The notes beneath the pieces were generated by a model, which ran no database searches, was not told where the DNA came from, and worked only from the letters and a program-made list of their open reading frames with translations. 32,000 nt of DNA, taken from the NCBI RefSeq assembly GCF_000284115.1, contig NC_017080.1, forward strand, positions 2,610,001-2,642,000, given 5' to 3'. Shown here piece by piece: positions 9,532-16,726 of the stretch (its first letter is position 1; every line of letters starts with the position of its first letter). The translations under genes were made by a program, and so were the position numbers. This DNA is from Phycisphaera mikurensis NBRC 102666 (GTDB taxonomy: Bacteria; Planctomycetota; Phycisphaerae; Phycisphaerales; Phycisphaeraceae).

Positions 9532-12500
9532 TCAGCCGCCGCTGGACTGCGACGCCAGCTGGCTGAGCGTGCCCAGCGAGGCGGACTGGTCCTGCAGCCC
9601 GGCGAGCACGCCCTCGAGGCCGGCGAACTCCTCCTGGAGGCGTTCCCGCTTGCGGTCGACGTTCACGTTGAGCCGATCGATTCGCTCGTTGTTCTGGCGG
9701 ATCTGGCGGTCGAGGGTGTCGATGCGGCTCTGCACGCTGCCGAACTGCACGTCGGTCAGCGCGTCGAGCAGGTTGTTGATCTCCACGGCGATGCCGTAGG
9801 TGGGCGTCGGCCCCGCGGGCGCCGGCTCGCCGGGCTCGCGGAGGGCGGCCTCGGCGGCCTCGGTCGCTCCGAACGCGAACAGCTGCTCCACCGAGGCGGG
9901 GTCGGTGGCGTAGGCGGCCTCGAGCTTCTCGCTGTCGATCTCCAGCTTCGCGTCGCTGCCGACGGTGATGCCGATCTCCGAGAGCGACTTGTAGCGGCCG
10001 GTGAGACCGGCGTTGGGGTTGATCACCGCGTTGTAGAGCGAGCTGCGGACGCGCTGCACGGTCGGGTCTCCGAGCAGCACGCCGCGGGTGTCGGTCTCCG
10101 CGTCGTAGCTGTCGAGCTCGTCCAGCCGCGACGTCAGGTCGTTGAACCCCTCGACGAAGGCGGTGACGGACTCGGTGACGGCGCCGCCGTCGGCGGCGAG
10201 GTTGATGGTCACCGGCTCGTCGCTGGCGCGGAGCAGGTCGATGGTCGCCCCGGGCACCACGCCCACGAGCTGGTTGCTGGTGCTGGTGACGGCGACGCCC
10301 TGCCCCCCACCCACGCCCCCGACGTAGGCCAGCGCGTCGCGGGCCTCCGAGAGGTTCTCCGCCCGCAGCGCGAGCCCGCCGTCGTCGAGCGTGAAGCCGT
10401 GGGCGGAGCCGGCCCGCGAGCCCGTCAGCGACAGGCGGAAGGGCCGTCCGGCGGTGCCGTCGTTCACGACCGAGGCGTCGATGCCGGCGCCCGAGGCGCT
10501 GATCGCCTGGGCGAGGTCCTGAAGGGTGCCCCCCGGGCCGCTGGCGACGTAGGTGCGCAGCGAGCCGTCGATGACGCTGGCCCCCTCGAAGCTGCCGCCG
10601 ATGCGCAGCGCGGCGGCGGCGGTGCCCTCGACGTCGACGATCTCGATCGCGTTGGCGCCGCTTCCGGTGCTCTCGATGAGCAGGCCGTCGCCGGTGTCGT
10701 TGATGCGGGCGCTCAGCGCGATGCCCTGCGCGTTGATCTTGGCGATCACGTCGCCGAGGGTCGCCCCGCTCTCGGGCACGCCGTCGGTGAGGTCGATCGT
10801 CCCCCGGCGGCCGTCGGCGTCCTGGATCGTGAACGTGCCGGCATCGACGCCGAGGCTCTGCAGCGTGGTGCCCGCCTCCGCGAAGCCGTACTGCAGCGAG
10901 CGGCCCTGGACGCGGCCGGAGCGGTGCTCGCCGGCGAGGCCTAGCTGCTCGGCGAGCACGCCGCCGGTGACGCTGGACACCCGCAGCGCCTCGTCGCCGC
11001 CGCTGCGGTCGATCAGCGCGATCCCGTCGCCCACGCTGTTGAGCCGGGCCTGCACGCCGGCGCCGGCGGCGTTGATGCGGTCGATCAGGTCGTCGGCGGT
11101 CTCGGCCCCGGCGAAGTCGACCACCGTCACGCCGCCGGCGGCGTTGCGGATCTGCACCTGGCTGCCCCGGGCCTCGGCTCCGGAGGGGTCCAGCAGGCGG
11201 CCGACGGCGGTGCCGCCGCGGGCGGTGCCGGCGAGGCCCAGCTCGGCGGCGACGCGGCCGCCGTCGGGGCCGCCGCTCACCGCGAAAGCGCCCTCGCCCT
11301 CGGTGTGGTCGGCGAGGATCAAGCGATCGTCCTGGAGGAAGGCCGTGGCCTTGCCGCCGAGCCCGGCGTTGATGGAGCCGAGCAGGGCGTCGAGGGTGTC
11401 GAGGCCGTCGAGGTCCAGCTCGAAGGCGCTGCCGTCCGCGGTCTCGACGATCAGGTCGGCGACGCCGTCCGCGCCCGGCGTTCCGCCGCCGGGCAGGCCC
11501 AGGGGGTTCGCCGCCGCGGCCGCTTGGTTGGAGGTGGTGAGGCCGGCCCCGCCGAAGAGGTCGGCAAGGGCGGTGTCCCCGGAGAGGGGCACGTAAGCGG
11601 CGCCGCCGAGGGCGGCGAGCCCGCGGCCGCCGAAGGCCGGGCCGAGCAGCTTCGATCCGACGCCGCCGCGGATCCGCTCGCCGGTGATCGTGCCGGCGGA
11701 CGCGGTGGCCTCGGCCAGGCCCAGCCCGGCGAGCGCGTCCGAGCCCGGCGTCCCGCTCACGCCGAAGCCGCCGCCGCCGGCCGTGCGGTCCGTCAGCTCG
11801 AGCCCGCGGCCGTCGGCCCGGACCGCCAGCGACACCCGGCCCTCGCCGGCCTCGTCGATCCGGTCGAAGACCTCGCCCAGCGTCGCCGCGCCCGAGAGGT
11901 CCACCGAGAAGCCGTCGCCGCCGGAGGTGGTGAAGGTCAGGTCGTCGCCGGCCCCGAAGCGGACGCCGCGGCCGTCGCGGAGGCTCGCCAGGTCGGTCTC
12001 GCGGCCGAGCGTGTTGAGGTCGCGGCCGACGATCTCGCCGTTCACCGGTGGCCCGTCGAGGCCGAGCGAGCCGACCACGTCGGCCTCGCCGACGTTGATG
12101 AGCTGCACCGTCCGCTCCGGCGTCTGGCTCAGGTTCGAGAGGTTGCTCACACGCAGACCGCCCTCGGTCACCTCCGCCTCGACCGCGAGCTGGAGAGCGT
12201 TGATGCCGTCGGCCACCTCCTGCAGCGAGGCGATGCCCGACAGATCGAGCGTCCGCGTCTTCTGCGTGTGGTCGATGATCTTGATCTGGCCCCGCTCCAC
12301 ACCGAGGCCGCCGTTGAGGGCTTCGAGCGGGGTGTCGTTGGTGAGCTTGGAGCCGTTCCGCGAGAACGCGAGCAGCCGCGGCTCAGGCGCGACCGCCTGC
12401 GTGCTCGCGTTGGCGAAGCCGCGGCTGACGGTCTGCTGGCTCGACACCAGCCGGTTGACCGTCACCTGGTAGTCGCCCGCGGCCGCGCCGGCCGAGCCGG

Positions 12501-12759
12501 TGACGGTCGCCACCTCCTCGTTGGAGCTGGTCGCGGTGGTCTTGTTGAAGGTGGTCGGCCGGGTCAGCTTCGCGGCGTCGAGCTTGATCGACAGGAGCTT
12601 CGCCGAGACCTCGTTCAACGCCGTCTGCGTCTCCTCGAGCTCGGCGTTCCGCGCCTCGACGCGGTCGACGCCACGCCGCTCGATCGCGATCAGCTGATCG
12701 ATGATCTCCGCGGAGTTGATCCCGCTGACGAGGCCGACACTGGAGGCGAACTGTCCCAT
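9532..12759 (-). CDS. fliD: Flagellar filament cap protein FliD (hook-associated protein 2), unusually long at 1075 aa
   Basis: ATG at 12757-12759. The N-terminus 'MGQFASSVGLVSGINSAEIIDQLIAIERRGVDRVEARNAELEETQTALNEVSAKL' is the FliD_N signature. The C-terminus '...FVEGFNDLTSRLDEL...RGVLLGDPTVQRVRSSL...YKSLSEIGITVGSDAKLEIDSEKLEAAYATDP...RIDTLDRQIRQNNERIDRLNVNVDRKRERLQEEFAGLEGVLAGLQ' is the FliD_C signature. The upstream part of ORF 9532-13083 is Arg/Gly-rich junk. Confidence 0.88.
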   Translation of the reverse strand: MGQFASSVGLVSGINSAEIIDQLIAIERRGVDRVEARNAELEETQTALNEVSAKLLSIKLDAAKLTRPTTFNKTTATSSNEEVATVTGSAGAAAGDYQVTVNRLVSSQQTVSRGFANASTQAVAPEPRLLAFSRNGSKLTNDTPLEALNGGLGVERGQIKIIDHTQKTRTLDLSGIASLQEVADGINALQLAVEAEVTEGGLRVSNLSNLSQTPERTVQLINVGEADVVGSLGLDGPPVNGEIVGRDLNTLGRETDLASLRDGRGVRFGAGDDLTFTTSGGDGFSVDLSGAATLGEVFDRIDEAGEGRVSLAVRADGRGLELTDRTAGGGGFGVSGTPGSDALAGLGLAEATASAGTITGERIRGGVGSKLLGPAFGGRGLAALGGAAYVPLSGDTALADLFGGAGLTTSNQAAAAANPLGLPGGGTPGADGVADLIVETADGSAFELDLDGLDTLDALLGSINAGLGGKATAFLQDDRLILADHTEGEGAFAVSGGPDGGRVAAELGLAGTARGGTAVGRLLDPSGAEARGSQVQIRNAAGGVTVVDFAGAETADDLIDRINAAGAGVQARLNSVGDGIALIDRSGGDEALRVSSVTGGVLAEQLGLAGEHRSGRVQGRSLQYGFAEAGTTLQSLGVDAGTFTIQDADGRRGTIDLTDGVPESGATLGDVIAKINAQGIALSARINDTGDGLLIESTGSGANAIEIVDVEGTAAAALRIGGSFEGASVIDGSLRTYVASGPGGTLQDLAQAISASGAGIDASVVNDGTAGRPFRLSLTGSRAGSAHGFTLDDGGLALRAENLSEARDALAYVGGVGGGQGVAVTSTSNQLVGVVPGATIDLLRASDEPVTINLAADGGAVTESVTAFVEGFNDLTSRLDELDSYDAETDTRGVLLGDPTVQRVRSSLYNAVINPNAGLTGRYKSLSEIGITVGSDAKLEIDSEKLEAAYATDPASVEQLFAFGATEAAEAALREPGEPAPAGPTPTYGIAVEINNLLDALTDVQFGSVQSRIDTLDRQIRQNNERIDRLNVNVDRKRERLQEEFAGLEGVLAGLQDQSASLGTLSQLASQSSGG

Positions 12760-12805
12760 GGCAAGAAGAAGCCCCGGGACCGTGGCGGAGCTTCGCTTGC
12801 GGGCC

Positions 12806-12834
12806 GTATCGGCCGGGGGAAGGGAGCGCCTTGA
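12806..12834 (-). promoter_or_regulatory. Candidate sigma-28 (FliA)-type promoter for fliD
   Basis: The minus strand reads TCAAGGCG-N13-GCCGATAC. The -10 part matches 7/8 of the consensus GCCGATAA and ends 46 nt upstream of the fliD ATG. The -35 part is weak, and the spacer is 2 nt longer than the enterobacterial TAAAGTTT-N11-GCCGATAA. Confidence 0.3.
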
Positions 12835-12905
12835 GGGGGCGGCCGGGCGGGAAGGCAGACCCGCAGCCATCCCGCACGGCCGGCGTACCCGCCGTCGGGC
12901 CGGCC

Positions 12906-13754
12906 CTACCGCGCCCGTCCGCCCGTTCCGCCGTCCACCTGCTGCGCTTCGGCCGCGTCCTCGAGCTTCTCCATCACCCGCTTGAGGTCTTCCCAAACCA
13001 TCATCCGGTTGTCGCGCGTGTAGGAACGCAGCACGAAGGCGGGTGAGAGCGTGGGCATGACCGGGACGGGCGGGTCGGTCCACCCGCAGCTCGTCCAGAC
13101 GCCGCGGAGCCGGGTGATGCCGGGAACCTCGCCGAGCAGCGCCTTGGCGGCCGCTCCGCCCATCGCCACCACCACCTCGGGGGCGGCGAGGCGGAGCTGG
13201 GCCTGCAGGGCACCCGCGCCGGCGGCGAGCTCGGCGGGCGAGGGGTGCCCGCCGCCCGCCGGCTTGAACGGCAGGCAGGGGCAGCGGAACACGTCCCCGG
13301 ACGCGAGCTTCATCGCGTTGACCATGCCGTCGAGCAGCTTGGCGGCCTCGTCCGCTTCCGCGCCGGAAGCCGGCGGCTCGTTGACGAAGAGCACCCGCGC
13401 GGGCAGGCCGCCGGAGCCGAGCACGGGCGGCTGGCCCCGCAGCCGTTCGGCGAGGTCGGGATCTTCCGCCAGCGCGGCGGCCAGCGCGGCGAGCTTCTCG
13501 GCGGGCGTGCCGCCGCCGAGGTCCCAGGCGGCGGCGGCCGGCGGCGGCGGCGGCGGCGGATTGGATCGGCCGGCCCGGGCCGCGGCGGGAGCGAGCGGCG
13601 GCGCGGACGGCGCGGAATCCTCCCTCGCGGCGGCGGGCAGGGCGACCCCCGCCGCCGGCCGGCGGAGCGGCACCGATTCGACGCCCATCAGGCGGTCGGT
13701 CTCGAGGAACTGCCGGAGGACCCGGGCGGCGCGTTCGGCCTCCATCCGCGGCAC
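12906..13754 (-). CDS. Uracil-DNA glycosylase superfamily (family-4-like) protein with substituted catalytic motifs and a poly-Pro/Ala N-terminal extension
   Basis: 282 aa with a GTG start at 13752-13754; an alternative ATG is at 13743-13745. The C-terminal ~150 aa align by eye to the family-4 UDG layout: 'LFVNEPPASGAE...' in place of GE(G/A)PG, 'VFRCPCLPFKP' versus KCRPP, 'PEVVVAMGGAAAKALLG', and 'ITRLRGVW...VMPTLSPAFVLR' in place of HPA. Confidence 0.7.
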   Translation of the reverse strand: MPRMEAERAARVLRQFLETDRLMGVESVPLRRPAAGVALPAAAREDSAPSAPPLAPAAARAGRSNPPPPPPPAAAAWDLGGGTPAEKLAALAAALAEDPDLAERLRGQPPVLGSGGLPARVLFVNEPPASGAEADEAAKLLDGMVNAMKLASGDVFRCPCLPFKPAGGGHPSPAELAAGAGALQAQLRLAAPEVVVAMGGAAAKALLGEVPGITRLRGVWTSCGWTDPPVPVMPTLSPAFVLRSYTRDNRMMVWEDLKRVMEKLEDAAEAQQVDGGTGGRAR

Positions 13755-13755
13755 C

Positions 13756-14112
13756 CTACCCGGCCGCCCGAGCGCCCAGCCGCTTCTCCAGCCACCGCTC
13801 CCAAGCGGCGACCGCCCCGCGTCGGCCCGGTGCGTCCTGGTACCAGCGGTAGCCGAAGCGCTCGTCGGAGAGCCGGCGGAGCCCGCCGATCGCGAACAGC
13901 CGCACCGCCGGGTCGTCGTCGTCGAGGGCCCGCACCAGCGCCGCCGCGTCGCTCGCGGCCGCCCGGCCGTCCTCCGCGGCCCCGACCAGCGCCGGCACCC
14001 TCGCCGCCACCCGCGAGCTGGCGAGGTCGGGCTCGACGGCCGGGGCGGTGCAGCCCGCCGCGCAAGCCGTCGCCAGCGCGAAGCAGGGGAGCAGGAGGCC
14101 GCGGGCGAGCAC
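13756..14112 (-). CDS. Small putative lipoprotein with a HEAT/PBS-lyase-like repeat
   Basis: 118 aa with a GTG start at 14110-14112. The N-terminus is hydrophobic with Cys residues ('LLLPCFALATACAAGC'). 'DDDPAVRLFAIGGLRRL' resembles a HEAT repeat. The stop is 1 nt from the start of the UDG-like gene, so the two are probably co-transcribed. Confidence 0.45.
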   Translation of the reverse strand: MLARGLLLPCFALATACAAGCTAPAVEPDLASSRVAARVPALVGAAEDGRAAASDAAALVRALDDDDPAVRLFAIGGLRRLSDERFGYRWYQDAPGRRGAVAAWERWLEKRLGARAAG

Positions 14113-14329
14113 GCGCCGACGGTATCAGCGAGCCGTCGCCGCGGCCCGCTTCCGGTGCGTCCGCGGACCGTCGCCCGCCGGAGCCTCTGCGGCCGACGGT
14201 CCGCGGGAGGAGCGAGATTGACGATCGTTTACAATCTCGGAGCCCGGGTCCTCCCCCGGCGTTTCCTCCCTTTCCGCCTGGAGCCTCGTCCTGCTTCCGC
14301 CTTCCCGCCCTTCCCGCCGCCGCCTCGCG

Positions 14330-16645
14330 GTGCTGCTGGCCTGCCTCCTGCCCCTGGGTCACGCCGCCGCGGAGGTCGCCCTTCCGCCGTCGGCCCAAGC
14401 CGACAAGGCCCGCCTGGCGCACCTCTTCGAGGTCGCCGAGCGGCACGACCCGGTGCGGATGACGCAGGTGAACAGCCAGGAGCAGCGGCTCCAAGCGGTG
14501 CGCTTCGGACGCGGCACCGGGCCGGTCCGCGGCGAGGCCCGGCTGGAGGTGCCGGCCGACCTCCTGCCGCTCTGGAGCTTCTTCAAGCAGCTGCAGCTCG
14601 TTGGCGAGACCGCGGGGCTCTCGGTGGCTTGGCGGAGCGGCAGCGGCGCCGCCGGCGAGGCCTCTCACTGGTACCGAGCCGAGGGCCTCAACGTCTTCCA
14701 GGCGGGAAGCATTCCCGCGGAGCCCGGCACGCCGCTGACGCTGATCCTCCGCGGCGAGGGCCGGCTCGAGGAGGTGCGGCTGCAGATCGACGACAACGGC
14801 ATCGGCCCGGTCTTCGACGAGTCGCCCTGGTCCGCCCTCGGGGCCGACCGGCCGGTCGTCCCGGTCGGCGTCGAGATGGACCTCTCGGCGAAACGCGCGT
14901 TAGGCGGGACGACCCGCTTCGAGCGCGAGAAGTTCTTCCGCGTCTACGCGGCTCCCTGGGGCGGCCCCTGGGGCGTGCTCGACGCGGTGGCGGAGCGAGG
15001 GTTCCTCCCGGGCCGCCAGCTCTTCAAGATCGCGCCCGCGCTGGAGGTCGGTTATCCCGAGGACGGCCCCGGCAAGCCGCCCTTCCGCGAGGACCCCGAC
15101 CGCCCGCGACACACCGATCCGGCCTTCTTCTCCAGCGGCTGGTCCTGGCCGGAGGTGGAGGCCGGGATCGCCGAGCGGTACGCGGGGCTGGACTACGCGC
15201 TGTGCCTCGACGAGTGGCCGAGCTTCAACCGGCACGCCGGGCCCGGCGTCGTGAACAGCCGCGGGACCCCCGCCGACTTCGACGCCGCGGCGGAGACCGC
15301 CGGCCGGACCGTCAAGCTCGTCTCCGAGCTCACCGGCCTCGCGCCGGCATGGGTCGAGGTCAAGAACGAGTCGGACGTGCCCTACGAGTGGAGCTACCAC
15401 GGCGTCGAGGGCGTCGACGCCTGGGACCTGCTCGCCGACTTCCACGTCAAGGTGGCGGACGCCGTCCGCGCGTTCAGCCCGGGCGTGAAGGTCGGCGGCC
15501 CGACGTCCGCGTACCCCGCGCTCGCGGTGAAGGACTGGGCGCTCGCCCGCCGCCACACGGCGTTCATGGATGCCACCCGCGGCCGCCTGGACTTCTACAG
15601 CCACCACTTCTACGAGGGCGCGGGCCTGCTCTTCGAGGACCTGCGGGCCGGCGGCGGCGACACCTACCTGCTGGGCAAGGCGACGTCCTACCTCGACCTG
15701 CTGCGAGCCCACGGGGCCAACACCGGCAACACCGTGCCCTTCCTGCTGACCGAGTTCGGCACGCTCACCGGCGGTGGGCAGGACCACCAGCGGTGGCAGG
15801 CGATCCGCAACTGGAGCGCCTACCTCGTGCAGTTCATGCAGCGGCCCGACGAGCTGGACCTCTGCGTGCCCTTCGCCATCCCGCTGCTGTGGTGGGACCC
15901 CGACCACCCCCACGCGCTCTTCGAGCCCGACGGCGACGGGGGCTGGCGGCCGACGCCGATGGCGCGGTTCCTGGACCTCTGGGAGGGCTACGGCGGCGAG
16001 CTGTTGCCCATCGCCAGCGACGACCCGCTGGTGAGCGTGCACGCGGCCGGGGACGGGCGGACGCTGTGGGTGGCGATCAGCAACATGAGGTCGCGCCGCG
16101 TCGCGGTGGACCTCGCGGCCGGCCTCGCCGGGGCAGAGGTGGCGACCGCGGACCGCCGGCGGCTGTGGCTGGACCGCGGCGAGCTGGTGTGGTCGGTGGA
16201 GGACGCCGCGGCCGCCCTGGCCGCCGTCGAGCTCTCGCCGGAGGAAACCTCCATCCTGGAGATCACCCTCGCCGAGCCGCTGAGCCCGGCGCGGGTCCTG
16301 GGGTTGAGCCGCCACTACGGAACGCGGACGCTGCTGCGGACCGGCACGCCGCAGACGCTGACGGTCGGCGGCCCCGCGGGGGCCGCCGCCTCGGCCCTCC
16401 TGCGGGTGGGCGTGCAGCGTGAGAACGGCTTCACGCAGCCGCTGCGGGTGAGCTTCAACGGCGCGGAGTTGGAGGCGGACCTTGCCTTCTCCGCCGGCAT
16501 CCCGGCTTTCGACGCCTTCGTGACGGTGGAGGTCCCCGCCGGCCTCGTTCGCGAGCGCAACCAGCTCGTGCTCCACCAGCCCGAGCCCGGCGGCACGCTC
16601 GCCTCCGCGGTCCTGCTCGTAGAAACCGAGCGGCCGCTGCCCTGA
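14330..16645 (+). CDS. Secreted glycoside-hydrolase-like protein, clan GH-A-type TIM barrel (agarase-like size; family unresolved)
   Basis: 771 aa with a hydrophobic N-terminus 'LLACLLPLGHAAA/EV'. The candidate acid/base motif is 'WVEVKNESDVPYEW' (N-E), and the candidate nucleophile is 'PFLLTEFGT' about 130 aa later; 'FYSHHFYEG' lies between them. The start is uncertain. GTG 14330 leaves no charged n-region. In-frame upstream codons read '...SRPSRRRLAV', but the only upstream start-like codon is CTG 14291. Confidence 0.6.
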   Translation: MLLACLLPLGHAAAEVALPPSAQADKARLAHLFEVAERHDPVRMTQVNSQEQRLQAVRFGRGTGPVRGEARLEVPADLLPLWSFFKQLQLVGETAGLSVAWRSGSGAAGEASHWYRAEGLNVFQAGSIPAEPGTPLTLILRGEGRLEEVRLQIDDNGIGPVFDESPWSALGADRPVVPVGVEMDLSAKRALGGTTRFEREKFFRVYAAPWGGPWGVLDAVAERGFLPGRQLFKIAPALEVGYPEDGPGKPPFREDPDRPRHTDPAFFSSGWSWPEVEAGIAERYAGLDYALCLDEWPSFNRHAGPGVVNSRGTPADFDAAAETAGRTVKLVSELTGLAPAWVEVKNESDVPYEWSYHGVEGVDAWDLLADFHVKVADAVRAFSPGVKVGGPTSAYPALAVKDWALARRHTAFMDATRGRLDFYSHHFYEGAGLLFEDLRAGGGDTYLLGKATSYLDLLRAHGANTGNTVPFLLTEFGTLTGGGQDHQRWQAIRNWSAYLVQFMQRPDELDLCVPFAIPLLWWDPDHPHALFEPDGDGGWRPTPMARFLDLWEGYGGELLPIASDDPLVSVHAAGDGRTLWVAISNMRSRRVAVDLAAGLAGAEVATADRRRLWLDRGELVWSVEDAAAALAAVELSPEETSILEITLAEPLSPARVLGLSRHYGTRTLLRTGTPQTLTVGGPAGAAASALLRVGVQRENGFTQPLRVSFNGAELEADLAFSAGIPAFDAFVTVEVPAGLVRERNQLVLHQPEPGGTLASAVLLVETERPLP

Positions 16646-16726
16646 GCCCTCTCGTTGATCCGGGGGCGGCCGCGCGGCGGGCCGGTGCGGGCCATGCCAA
16701 GCCCCCCGCGTTAGCCTCCGCGGCTT

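Noticed and set aside
7236-12759. DegT-type aminotransferase as part of a flagellin or FliD glycosylation module, because of its proximity to fliD
   Set aside because: The genes are separated by an unrelated outer-membrane protein gene and are convergently oriented. There are no other sugar-nucleotide or glycosyltransferase genes nearby, so proximity alone is not evidence.
14218-14235. TTGACG ... TACAAT as a sigma-70 -35/-10 pair
   Set aside because: The two hexamers are only 6 nt apart, against the ~17 nt required. Only the TACAAT element is retained, as a possible -10-like box.
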